A stretch of 64,000 nucleotides of DNA, from NCBI GenBank assembly GCA_947177575.1, contig CAMWVA010000001.1, positions 3,672 through 67,671 of the forward strand, given 5' to 3'. Below, piece after piece: positions 56,070-64,000 of this stretch. This stretch comes from an uncultured Porphyromonadaceae bacterium (GTDB lineage Bacteria > Bacteroidota > Bacteroidia > Bacteroidales > Muribaculaceae). Position 1 is the first letter of the stretch, and every line of letters begins with the position of its first letter. The position numbers were made by a program, and so were the translations under genes. The notes beneath the pieces were generated by a model. That model saw only the letters and a program-made list of their open reading frames with translations, was not told the origin of the DNA and did no database searches.

Positions 56070-56296
56070 TTTCAACATTACTTTCAGATGCAAAGTTAGT
56101 GTATTATCGTCACACATCAAAGAAGATGAATACAAGTGATTTTTTCATCTGAATTTTAATTTACAATTCACTGTAAATCACCAAAAGCGATAAATAGGTT
56201 ACTAATAATATAAAATGTAACCTCTTGATAGGTAGAACAATATTTATTAATTTTGTGTTGATAAACAGTGTTGAACCCGATAAAACAAGTAAGATT

Positions 56297-56470
56297 ATGA
56301 CACGTATCCTCAACAGTGCTGTAAAACACACCGCACAGGCTTATCTCTGTGCAGAAGCAGAAAACGGTACTCCCTCGGGAGCTTGCGGCTCGGCCTGCGG
56401 CGCAGGTGACGAAAAACCCGAACCCAAGCCCGCTGCATGTGGCTCATCTTGCGGTGCAGGTGAGAAGTAA
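56297..56470 (+). CDS. acgA: RiPP precursor, ACGX-repeat peptide (57 aa)
   Basis: MTRILNSAVKHTAQAYLCAEAENGTPSG-ACGSACGAGDEKPEPKPA-ACGSSCGAGEK; directly upstream of a radical SAM/SPASM gene; TAATTTTG promoter element at 56248-56255. Confidence 0.85.
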   Translation: MTRILNSAVKHTAQAYLCAEAENGTPSGACGSACGAGDEKPEPKPAACGSSCGAGEK

Positions 56471-56488
56471 AAATTATCAATCGTCATT

Positions 56489-56529
56489 ACGACTCCGGTA
56501 CAGACTTGTCAGCCTTGCACCGGAGTCGT
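56489..56529 (+). promoter_or_regulatory. Intercistronic hairpin between precursor and maturase
   Basis: ACGACTCCGGT...ACCGGAGTCGT, an 11-bp perfect stem. Confidence 0.65.
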
Positions 56530-56541
56530 TATTTAAAGTCT

Positions 56542-57561
56542 ATGGAATATTTCGCATTTCAATGGCATATTACTGACAGTTGCGACCAGCGTTGCGAGCA
56601 TTGCTATATCTTCTCCGAAGGGCATCCTCATATCATTGAGATGCCTCTTGAAAAGGCTGGGGAAGTCATAGAGCAGTGTGTCGAGATGTGTAGCCGTATG
56701 AATAGGCTGCCTTATTTCTATATAACCGGTGGAGACCCTATCCTACACCGCAATTTTTGGGAAATACTCGCCTTGCTGAAAGAGCGTGATATTCCGTTCA
56801 CAATCCTCGGCAACCCGTTCCACATCACCGACGACGTATGTCAGCGGCTGAAGTCAATGGGTTGTCAGAAATACCAACTCTCAATCGATGGGCTTAGAGA
56901 GACACACGATGAGATACGAAAACCGGGGTCGTTTGATACAACAGTTGAAAAGATTGATGTGCTCAGGCGCAATGGTATACGTGTGGCCGTAATGACAACT
57001 GTCTCGGGCACCAACATCAACGAGATTCCTGATATCATTGACCTCGTGGTAGAAAAGTGTGTTGATGTATTTGCATTCGGCAGATACTGCCCGACATCGG
57101 AAGAGAAGTCCACGCATATCTCACCTAAGGAATACCGGGACTTTCTTGAACGTATCTGGAAAAAGTTTGAGCAGCACAAGGATTCGGGGACTATATTTAA
57201 CCTCAAGGATCACCTTTGGACTCTTTTCCTGTATGAAAAGGGTCTTTTCAAGATACCCGACGACAGCGATCCGGACGCTATCTATGACGGCTGCCACTGC
57301 GGAGACTGTCACTTCACAATTCAGCCCAACGGCAATGTGATGGCTTGCCGACGGTTTGAAAGCGTTGTGGGCAACCTATTTCAAAAGCCAATCCATGAGT
57401 TATGGACAAGTAATGAGATGGACTACTATCGACAGTATGACAAGTTTGAAAAATGCTCGAAGTGTGAGCTTCTGAGGTTCTGCCGTGGCTGTCCTGCCGT
57501 AGCATACGGCTATCATCACTCGTTTTATTCACCTGATCCTCAATGTTGGAAAGAAGTATGA
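56542..57561 (+). CDS. acgM: Radical SAM/SPASM peptide maturase, ACGX system
   Basis: CDQRCEHC cluster motif, TGGDP, QLSIDG; SPASM region GCHCG...ACRRF...GNL...CSKC....CRGC...DPQC. Confidence 0.88.
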   Translation: MEYFAFQWHITDSCDQRCEHCYIFSEGHPHIIEMPLEKAGEVIEQCVEMCSRMNRLPYFYITGGDPILHRNFWEILALLKERDIPFTILGNPFHITDDVCQRLKSMGCQKYQLSIDGLRETHDEIRKPGSFDTTVEKIDVLRRNGIRVAVMTTVSGTNINEIPDIIDLVVEKCVDVFAFGRYCPTSEEKSTHISPKEYRDFLERIWKKFEQHKDSGTIFNLKDHLWTLFLYEKGLFKIPDDSDPDAIYDGCHCGDCHFTIQPNGNVMACRRFESVVGNLFQKPIHELWTSNEMDYYRQYDKFEKCSKCELLRFCRGCPAVAYGYHHSFYSPDPQCWKEV

Positions 57562-58526
57562 AAGCAGTAGTTCTTACAGAGCCTTGCAAGGCTGAAGAAA
57601 TGAGACTTACCGAAATTCCTGTGCCCGAAGTGAGACCCGGCCGGGTACTTATAAAAGTCCGTGCCTTAGGCATCAATCACTCGGAAGTCCTTTTGCGTCA
57701 GTTTGAAGTGGCACAACCATATATCAACAAACCGATAATACCCGGCATCGAATGTGTCGGAGAAGTAATAGACCCATCTGATAGCGGTTTTAGGAAAGGT
57801 CAGCGCGTAATGGCGCTGATGGGTGGAATGGGACGGAGTTTCAACGGCAGCTATGCAGAGTATGCACTTCTACCATCAAGAATTGTCTTTGCCGTTGACA
57901 GCAATCTTGATTGGGATGAGCTTGCGGCAATTCCCGAGACATTCTATACGGCTTACGGCTCTCTGGTTATGTCACTTCAGCTTTCAAAGAATGATATTCT
58001 GCTCGTGCGTGGCGGCACATCTACTGTCGGGCTTGCTGCCATACAGCTTGCGAAAGCCATTGATGCAAAAGTCGTGGCAACCACAAGAAGCGAGAGGAAA
58101 GCATCATTACTCAGAGAATATGGAGCGGATGATGTCATTCTGGAAGGAGATGGATTCAGAGGTAGGTTCCTTGAAAAATATCCTTCCGGAGCAAACAAGA
58201 TTCTTGAGCTTATCGGTGCTTCCACATTGAGGGAATCACTGAAAGTGACAGCCTTTCATGGTATAGTATGTCATACCGGTCTACTCGGAGGCGTTTATGG
58301 GCTTAAAGACTTTGACCCGATAAAGGAAATACCGTCAGGAGTCTATCTTACAGGTTTCTACAGCAACTATCCCACTCAGTCGCAGATAACCGATATGATG
58401 AAGCTGATTGAGCACGCCAATATCCATCCGATAATAGCCCGCAGATTCACTCTTGAACAAATAGCGGATGCCCATCTGCTCGCTGAGCAGCGTGGACAAA
58501 TAGGAAAGATTGTCGTCACTATCTAA
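57558..58526 (+). CDS. MDR-family oxidoreductase (quinone-oxidoreductase type)
   Basis: VLIKVRALGINHSE, PGIECVG, GSYAEY, RGGTSTVGLAAIQLAK, GKIVV; ATGA overlap with the rSAM stop. Confidence 0.88.
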   Translation: MKAVVLTEPCKAEEMRLTEIPVPEVRPGRVLIKVRALGINHSEVLLRQFEVAQPYINKPIIPGIECVGEVIDPSDSGFRKGQRVMALMGGMGRSFNGSYAEYALLPSRIVFAVDSNLDWDELAAIPETFYTAYGSLVMSLQLSKNDILLVRGGTSTVGLAAIQLAKAIDAKVVATTRSERKASLLREYGADDVILEGDGFRGRFLEKYPSGANKILELIGASTLRESLKVTAFHGIVCHTGLLGGVYGLKDFDPIKEIPSGVYLTGFYSNYPTQSQITDMMKLIEHANIHPIIARRFTLEQIADAHLLAEQRGQIGKIVVTI

Positions 58527-58607
58527 TATCTGCTTTAGCAGGGATTCTCAATATAATTTCAACCTGGAATATAAATAATCTAAGAGACAACTCAATGGGT
58601 GTAGAAA

Positions 58608-58643
58608 ACAGCACAGACGGATTAGCTAATCCGTCTGTGCTGT
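58608..58643. terminator. 36-bp perfect palindrome between convergent genes
   Basis: ACAGCACAGACGGATTAG|CTAATCCGTCTGTGCTGT. Confidence 0.65.
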
Positions 58644-58659
58644 AATATTTAGAATCAGT

Positions 58660-58845
58660 TCAAATTCCGACATCCTCAAATTTCTCTAAACTGAGTCTGT
58701 CCTCAATCCAGTTGATAATGTCAGGTGCAACATGCTTGCCTTTATTATCTGCCATAAGAAAATGGTTTACTCCTAAAATAAATGAATAGGCTCTTGTCTT
58801 TTGCCGAAGTCTGCTGATAGAACTCTATGGCATCTTTCGGAGAAT
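58660..58845 (-). pseudogene. Frameshifted C-terminal remnant of an alpha/beta hydrolase (lysophospholipase-like)
   Basis: One frame reads PKDAIEFYQQTSAKDKSLFIY and the next reads GVNHFLMADNKGKHVAPDIINWIEDRL. Confidence 0.45.
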
Positions 58846-58885
58846 TAGATGAAATGACAGACCTTCCGCATCTATACCTGTTTTG

Positions 58886-59491
58886 TCACACTGTCTTGGA
58901 TTTCTCTATCACATCTGTAGATGGAATACAGCGAATACCCATATTTTTCAGGTCGTAGATATTTGCTTCAGCAACCTCCTTAGTCAGTGCTGAGCAACAG
59001 TCGGTGAGGACTGTAGTCGGATAGTTGCGTTCCATCGATGCAACGGCAGTAGTACGTATGCAGTTAGGATATTGTGTACCTGTAATGTAGATATTCTTCA
59101 CACCCAGACCGCGAAGTACGATTTCAAGGTCTGTCCCCATAAAGCAGTCGAAGCGTTGCTTGTGTATCTGGATGTCACCGGATTGTGGAGCGATTTCGTC
59201 GGGCATCTCTGCTCCGACAGAGCCGGGCAGACAGTACGGTTGACCATCTTCAAAGAAATGACGGCGAAACATATCCGCATCTATACCGGATATGCGTTGC
59301 ACTCGATAAACATATATAATAGCCCAATCGTTGGCTCGTCCCCAATCAAGGAATTTCTTGATTGCAGGGATAGTTGCCACGGCGTTATCATTTCGGAAAG
59401 GGGCATCAGGGGCAAGCCATTCTTTTTGCATATCAATTACAAGAATGGCATTGTCTGCCTGAGTGAGCATTCCTCCAATCTTATTACCCAT
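58886..59491 (-). CDS. Cysteine hydrolase (isochorismatase family)
   Basis: LVIDMQ, K.RF..F.GT.L, G....NCIRTTA. Confidence 0.9.
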   Translation of the reverse strand: MGNKIGGMLTQADNAILVIDMQKEWLAPDAPFRNDNAVATIPAIKKFLDWGRANDWAIIYVYRVQRISGIDADMFRRHFFEDGQPYCLPGSVGAEMPDEIAPQSGDIQIHKQRFDCFMGTDLEIVLRGLGVKNIYITGTQYPNCIRTTAVASMERNYPTTVLTDCCSALTKEVAEANIYDLKNMGIRCIPSTDVIEKSKTV

Positions 59492-59495
59492 AATT

Positions 59496-60176
59496 CTATT
59501 CTTTGGTATTCAATTCCTTTGCTTTGGCAACAAGTCGTTGTCCCATTTCAAAGCATTTTTGCTCATCGATTGGGAATTGAACTTCATGCTGATGCTTTTT
59601 GTCGGCAGGATCAAACATATTTGCCTCCATCTGTGAATAATCCTTGAACTGAAGTGTGTTGAAGCTGTTGTATTCCTCCGCATATCCAAGTACATACTGC
59701 AATGATTGTGTTGTCGATCCAAGTGTGGCGGCATACCCTCCATGATCAAAAAAAGTTTTGTCGGCATTCATGGTGAAAATCATTCCCGCAGGAATTACCC
59801 TGTCGCCTAATAGTTTGACATGCTGTCCGTCTTTCACCATATAGGTCGAAAGGGGAAACAGAAAACGCTCAATAAATGCACGGACCATTGCCGACGGATA
59901 ACCAAAGAAATTGGGAGAGCCGATGATTACTACATCAGCATCGTGCGCTTTTTCAAGCAGCGGACGCATATTGTCGCGTATTGCGCATATTCCACCTGTC
60001 TTATTACCCTTTCTTTTACAGGCAAAACATTCCAGACAGCCTTTCAGTGGTTCAGCATACAGCTCAATCAGTTCAGTCTCAGCACCCATGAAGGCTGCTC
60101 CTTCAAGTGCCTTCTTCACGAGTGTCTGTGTATTCCAACCCTTACGGGCGCTTCCGTTTATTCCAAGTACTTTCAT
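59496..60176 (-). CDS. Flavodoxin-like / iron-sulfur flavoprotein (NADPH-dependent FMN reductase family)
   Basis: INGSARKGWNT; GCLECFAC.....C..RD; GSPNF. Confidence 0.88.
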   Translation of the reverse strand: MKVLGINGSARKGWNTQTLVKKALEGAAFMGAETELIELYAEPLKGCLECFACKRKGNKTGGICAIRDNMRPLLEKAHDADVVIIGSPNFFGYPSAMVRAFIERFLFPLSTYMVKDGQHVKLLGDRVIPAGMIFTMNADKTFFDHGGYAATLGSTTQSLQYVLGYAEEYNSFNTLQFKDYSQMEANMFDPADKKHQHEVQFPIDEQKCFEMGQRLVAKAKELNTKE

Positions 60177-60289
60177 TGAGGTCTATTTTGATAATTATAT
60201 TATTATAAACAATCCTGCTGTAAGGCTCGTTTGAATATCAAATATCCTATTTCGCCACATTTATTTCCTGTTAAGCTTCATTATAGTCT

Positions 60290-61177
60290 ATGAGAATAAT
60301 TGACATTGAAACCTCCACTAAGGAAAATCCGGCGGGAACACGCTTTTCAAAAGACCTATTCGTATATCATGGTCCCTGGCAGGATGAAGAAGGACAACTT
60401 TTTCGTCTTGATACACTTTGTATATATTTTGTCAGACAAGGAAGGCATACATTTGTGCTCAATTCTAAAGAATATATTGCAAACGCCGGAGAAATACTTG
60501 TATACCATCCCAATGACTTTTTTTTCGATCTCAGATTCTCCGATGACTTCTACTGCACATGTGTATACTGTACACTTGATTTTGCATCAGAAAGTGTGGA
60601 TCCTCTACATTTCCAACAGTGCCTACGCTATTTGCGCGAAAAACCGATTCTTCATCTTGATAAGGAGCAACTGGAGTTAATGACTTCGTATGTTTCGCTT
60701 ATGGAGAAAAGAAACAATTTAGATTCCTCCCGGAACTATCCAACAGCCACCGAACTGATTTGCAAAGCATACATATCCGATATTTTTAATCTGGTATTTC
60801 GGGAAACACCGATAGGAAACTTTCAGGAGTCCAAAAGCCGTCCTGCGACAATATATCAGGACTTCATCGATATCCTTGCAAGCAGTCGCAAAAAAGAAAG
60901 GGATGTTGAATATTATGCAGATAAACTCTCCATTACACCTAAATACCTATCACAGGTATGCAAAACTATAAGCGGAAAGACAGCTCCCGAATGGATTAAG
61001 GAATATATTATGAATGATGCCCGACGATATATCATGGGAACGGACTTTTCAATCAAAGAAATAGCCGCCCAACTGGGATTTTCAAACTTTGCTTTTTTCT
61101 GCCGTACTATTAAAAAGTATTTTGGAGTGACAGCTCTTGAACTACGGAACCAGAAAATACATGAAAATAAAGATTAA
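60290..61177 (+). CDS. AraC family transcriptional regulator
   Basis: YYADKLSITPKYLS; SIKEIAAQLGFSN...F. Confidence 0.92.
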   Translation: MRIIDIETSTKENPAGTRFSKDLFVYHGPWQDEEGQLFRLDTLCIYFVRQGRHTFVLNSKEYIANAGEILVYHPNDFFFDLRFSDDFYCTCVYCTLDFASESVDPLHFQQCLRYLREKPILHLDKEQLELMTSYVSLMEKRNNLDSSRNYPTATELICKAYISDIFNLVFRETPIGNFQESKSRPATIYQDFIDILASSRKKERDVEYYADKLSITPKYLSQVCKTISGKTAPEWIKEYIMNDARRYIMGTDFSIKEIAAQLGFSNFAFFCRTIKKYFGVTALELRNQKIHENKD

Positions 61178-61222
61178 CAGACTGTATCGATACATCATCG
61201 TTTCAGAACATTTCAACTAAAA

Positions 61223-61264
61223 AATCGGAGAAGTCAGAATTTCAATATTCCGACTTCTCCGATT
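61223..61264. terminator. Bidirectional terminator hairpin
   Basis: AATCGGAGAAGTC-GAAT...ATTC-GACTTCTCCGATT between convergent genes. Confidence 0.7.
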
Positions 61265-61267
61265 GAT

Positions 61268-62773
61268 TTATATATTTGAATGGATGCTTTTCATCGGCCA
61301 TGCCGTGAGATCCAAGGTTGCTTTTCCTCTTTGAGAGAAAAATTCCACTCCTGTCTGCGAAAGAGAAGCATACGTAAGAAGAGTCATAACCTTTTTACCA
61401 TTCTCGGCAAAGATTTCGATGGTTGATTTATCGACGAATATCCGAAGTGATATTTTCCGTGTGTCCGGAGCGGCTATCTTAGAATTGGAAATGCGATCGA
61501 AGAATTTTATCTTCACATCCGAGCTATTCGTCCGGTCAAGTGTCAGATAACCCGTTGAAGCATCGTAACTCAGCGATACTTTTCTTCCTTCTCCTACACA
61601 CATATTAAATCCCGCCACATCATTTGAGGCGACATCAAGATCAGCTTTCAACTCATATTGATTTCCCAGCGCGGAAATCTGAGGAAGCGGATATGTACCG
61701 GCACTATAAGTTTTCTTAATCCTTATCTCTTTCCCGCGTAATGATTCCAATGATTTTACAGGAGTCTGACGCAGGCGCAAGCCTTCGGGTGTGGTGTAAA
61801 GCGAATAGTTTCGAGGTAGTGACCACACTCCCTTACCCCATTCCGAAGGAGCTTGCGGAGCATAATCCCAATAATTTACCCATCCGAGTGTAACAACCTC
61901 ATCATTTTTCTGAGAATCCCAATTCTGAAACACCCGGGAAGCATAATAATCCATTCCGTCATCAACATACAGAGGGTCTGAATCGGGATAATCGGGAATG
62001 AATTTCTTCCCGTCGAAATCACCGACAAAATACTGTTCGCGTGCCCAATTGACCGAGACAAGAAGTACCCATTTCTTCTCCCCTGTCTCCTCAACAGTAA
62101 CTTGGAAAAGGTCTGGACATTCCCATGAGCGCTTGTTGTCTCCCATCGGTCCAAAGTCGCTTGTCCATGTCCAATGTTTAAGATCGTCCGATTCATAGAA
62201 TGCCACCTTCTTCTCTAAAGCTTTTGCTACGGCCATGACCCATTTACCTGTCGGCTCATAACGGATTACTGTCGGATCGCGGAACTCTGTGCTCCATATA
62301 TCGAGCACCGGATTCTGGTCATAAAACTGGTAGGTCTCCCCACCATCATGGCTGAATGCAACTGCTTGCGACTGTTTTTTGGAATCTTCGTCAAAGAGGG
62401 TGAACACAGCCACCATTGCATCCTTTCCCCAGCCGGCTGAATTAATAGAATCGACAACCACACTTCCGGTAAAGGCCGATGATTTAGGAGGCAGACCCTT
62501 TATGGAATGATTGTTTAGTTCGCGCCAATGCACAAGGTCGGACGACTCAGCTCCGCCCCAGCTGTAAGCAAGATATTTTCCATCATGTTTCACCAATCCG
62601 CACGGGTCGCCAATCCAACGATGGGCAGGCGTGAAATGATATTGCGGACGGTAGGGTTCGCGATAAATCGTTGTGTCGTTGTCTTTCGCTGTTGCGAAAG
62701 AAGAAAAAGCGGAGAGAAGCATCATGACGCTAAAACCGCATGATTTTATAAGACGATTGTTTATAGAAACCAT
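61268..62773 (-). CDS. Glycoside hydrolase family 32 (levanase/beta-fructofuranosidase)
   Basis: YRPQYHF..., WIGDPCG, FRDP, WECPDLF, IFVDKSTIEIF; signal peptide; TAATTTTG promoter element at 62817-62824. Confidence 0.93.
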   Translation of the reverse strand: MVSINNRLIKSCGFSVMMLLSAFSSFATAKDNDTTIYREPYRPQYHFTPAHRWIGDPCGLVKHDGKYLAYSWGGAESSDLVHWRELNNHSIKGLPPKSSAFTGSVVVDSINSAGWGKDAMVAVFTLFDEDSKKQSQAVAFSHDGGETYQFYDQNPVLDIWSTEFRDPTVIRYEPTGKWVMAVAKALEKKVAFYESDDLKHWTWTSDFGPMGDNKRSWECPDLFQVTVEETGEKKWVLLVSVNWAREQYFVGDFDGKKFIPDYPDSDPLYVDDGMDYYASRVFQNWDSQKNDEVVTLGWVNYWDYAPQAPSEWGKGVWSLPRNYSLYTTPEGLRLRQTPVKSLESLRGKEIRIKKTYSAGTYPLPQISALGNQYELKADLDVASNDVAGFNMCVGEGRKVSLSYDASTGYLTLDRTNSSDVKIKFFDRISNSKIAAPDTRKISLRIFVDKSTIEIFAENGKKVMTLLTYASLSQTGVEFFSQRGKATLDLTAWPMKSIHSNI

Positions 62774-62954
62774 TTTTCTTTTATTAGACTCATTTCCGGA
62801 TTTTGGAGAGATTTCACAAAATTAGCTGTTTTTCGAGGAATTAGACTATAATTTTTGTTGCATAAGTTATCAAAAAACGTACGTCACTTCACTCCTCATC
62901 ATTTTCTAAGCACCATGATACCAGTGATAAAATGTCGGGAAGGAAAATCTTCCT

Positions 62955-63716
62955 GTGGTAGTATCGAAGTCGGGAGCGGCAGGGGTCACTCTCGGCGAGC
63001 TGCGTAAGCAACCTTTTATGCACGGTGTTATGATTCACAAGGTGCTGCGTAACGATATGCCGCTGCCGTTAAGAAAGAAACTTACTCTCGAAAAGGGCGA
63101 TGTTAGCACGCTGGTAGGTCTTCCGCAGAATGTGGAGGAAGCAGTTCCGGAAATCGGATTCAGCGACCGACAGACTTCAGAGAGCGATATAGTATTCATC
63201 GGTCTCGGCATAGCAATAGGCTGTAAAATAGGTGCGATTGTAATCAGATTCGGTAACGTACCGGTCTCTTTGAGCACAAGCGGTGGGGCTATACTTTCTG
63301 GGTTGATTCTCGGATGGCTTCGCTCTAAGCACCCTTCGTTCGGACACATTCCGCGTTCAGTCCTCTGGTTCATGGATAATGCCGGCCTGAACCTGTTCAT
63401 AGCGGTAGTCGGACTCTCAGCAGGCCCCACGTTCATCAGTGGCCTGAAGGAGGTCGGGCCGCAAATGTTCCTTATCGGCATGGCTTGCACGACAATTCCT
63501 CTGATTATATGTATCTTCATAGCTAATAAGCTATTCAAATTTCCAGCGGCCGTAACACTCGGATGTGTGGCCGGAAGCCGCAATGCAGTAGCAGCCTTGG
63601 GCGCAATACAGGACAGCCTTGACAGCACACTCCCCGTAATGGGATATACTGTGACATACGCCGTAGGCAGTGTAGCTATGATACTCTCAGGCATGGTGGT
63701 CACTCTGCTGGCTTAA
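62955..63716 (+). pseudogene. 5'-truncated AspT/YidE-family antiporter (TrkA-C tail plus C-terminal membrane domain only)
   Basis: L.KGD...L.G; STSGGAILSGLILGWLR..HP.FG; GL.LFIAVVGL.AG; GYTVTYAVG; only 253 codons, with no N-terminal membrane domain. Confidence 0.7.
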
Positions 63717-63861
63717 TCTATCTGACACTCAATGACTTCATCACAAAAAGGATAGAGCTGAATCACAAATTACACTTCACCAATCCGCACGAGTCGCCTA
63801 TTTAACGATGGGCGTGGAATCGTATGGTCTCATCCCTCGGTACACAGACCTACCATTTAGG

Positions 63862-63919
63862 TATATAAAAGTTTTTATACATAAAAACTTTTATATATAA
63901 AAACTTTTATATACTTTTG
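63862..63919 (+). promoter_or_regulatory. AT-rich inverted plus direct repeats overlapping a -7 promoter element
   Basis: TATATAAAAGTTTTTAT-AC-ATAAAAACTTTTATATA (63862-63897), right arm repeated at 63897-63913, TACTTTTG at 63912-63919. Confidence 0.6.
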
Positions 63920-63942
63920 TAAAAACTTTAAATCATTATATT

Positions 63943-64000
63943 ATGGCTATATCAAATAAAGTAGGACCGCCTGTAACTGGAGATGATTTCTATGGTAGAA
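63943..64000 (+). CDS. N-terminus of a probable AAA/ATP-binding protein (runs off the window)
   Basis: MAISNKVGPPVTGDDFYGR resembles the G.PV...F.GR start of ATPase_2/STAND-like proteins. Confidence 0.5.
   Translation, partial: MAISNKVGPPVTGDDFYGR

Noticed and set aside
56225-56296. Longer 81-aa version of the ACGX precursor
   Set aside because: The TTG start lies upstream of the TAATTTTG promoter element; ATG at 56297 fits better

Overview
Bacteroidales chromosomal window. Bacteroidetes-type TAnnTTTG promoters, T9SS-type C-termini and the gene content suggest a gut Muribaculaceae-like organism (inference). From left to right: the 3' end of a cardiolipin synthase; two T9SS-type surface proteins with a TPR-LuxR regulator; a TPP-riboswitch thiamine biosynthesis operon (thiD-S-E'-E-G-C-H-F); a degenerate 9-bp repeat tract; the str/S10/spc/alpha ribosomal cluster on the minus strand (rpsL to rplQ, including rpmJ and rpmD, which the ORF track missed); a GlmU-like gene; a candidate ~290-nt sRNA; aminopeptidase P, gamma-CA, rpsU-xerC-hpf, fdtA/fdtB-like genes, mltG, and a TPR-AraC regulator with a BspA-like LRR protein. 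From about 50.7 kb there is an accessory redox/catabolic island: SDR, SnoaL, NmrA, amidohydrolase, isochorismatase, flavoprotein, several regulators, GH32 and gene remnants. The most interesting system is a RiPP locus: a Cys-rich ACGX-repeat precursor peptide and a radical SAM/SPASM maturase, translationally coupled to a quinone-oxidoreductase-type MDR and divergent from an HxlR regulator, with no protease or exporter visible. All family assignments come from motif recognition by eye, not from database searches.
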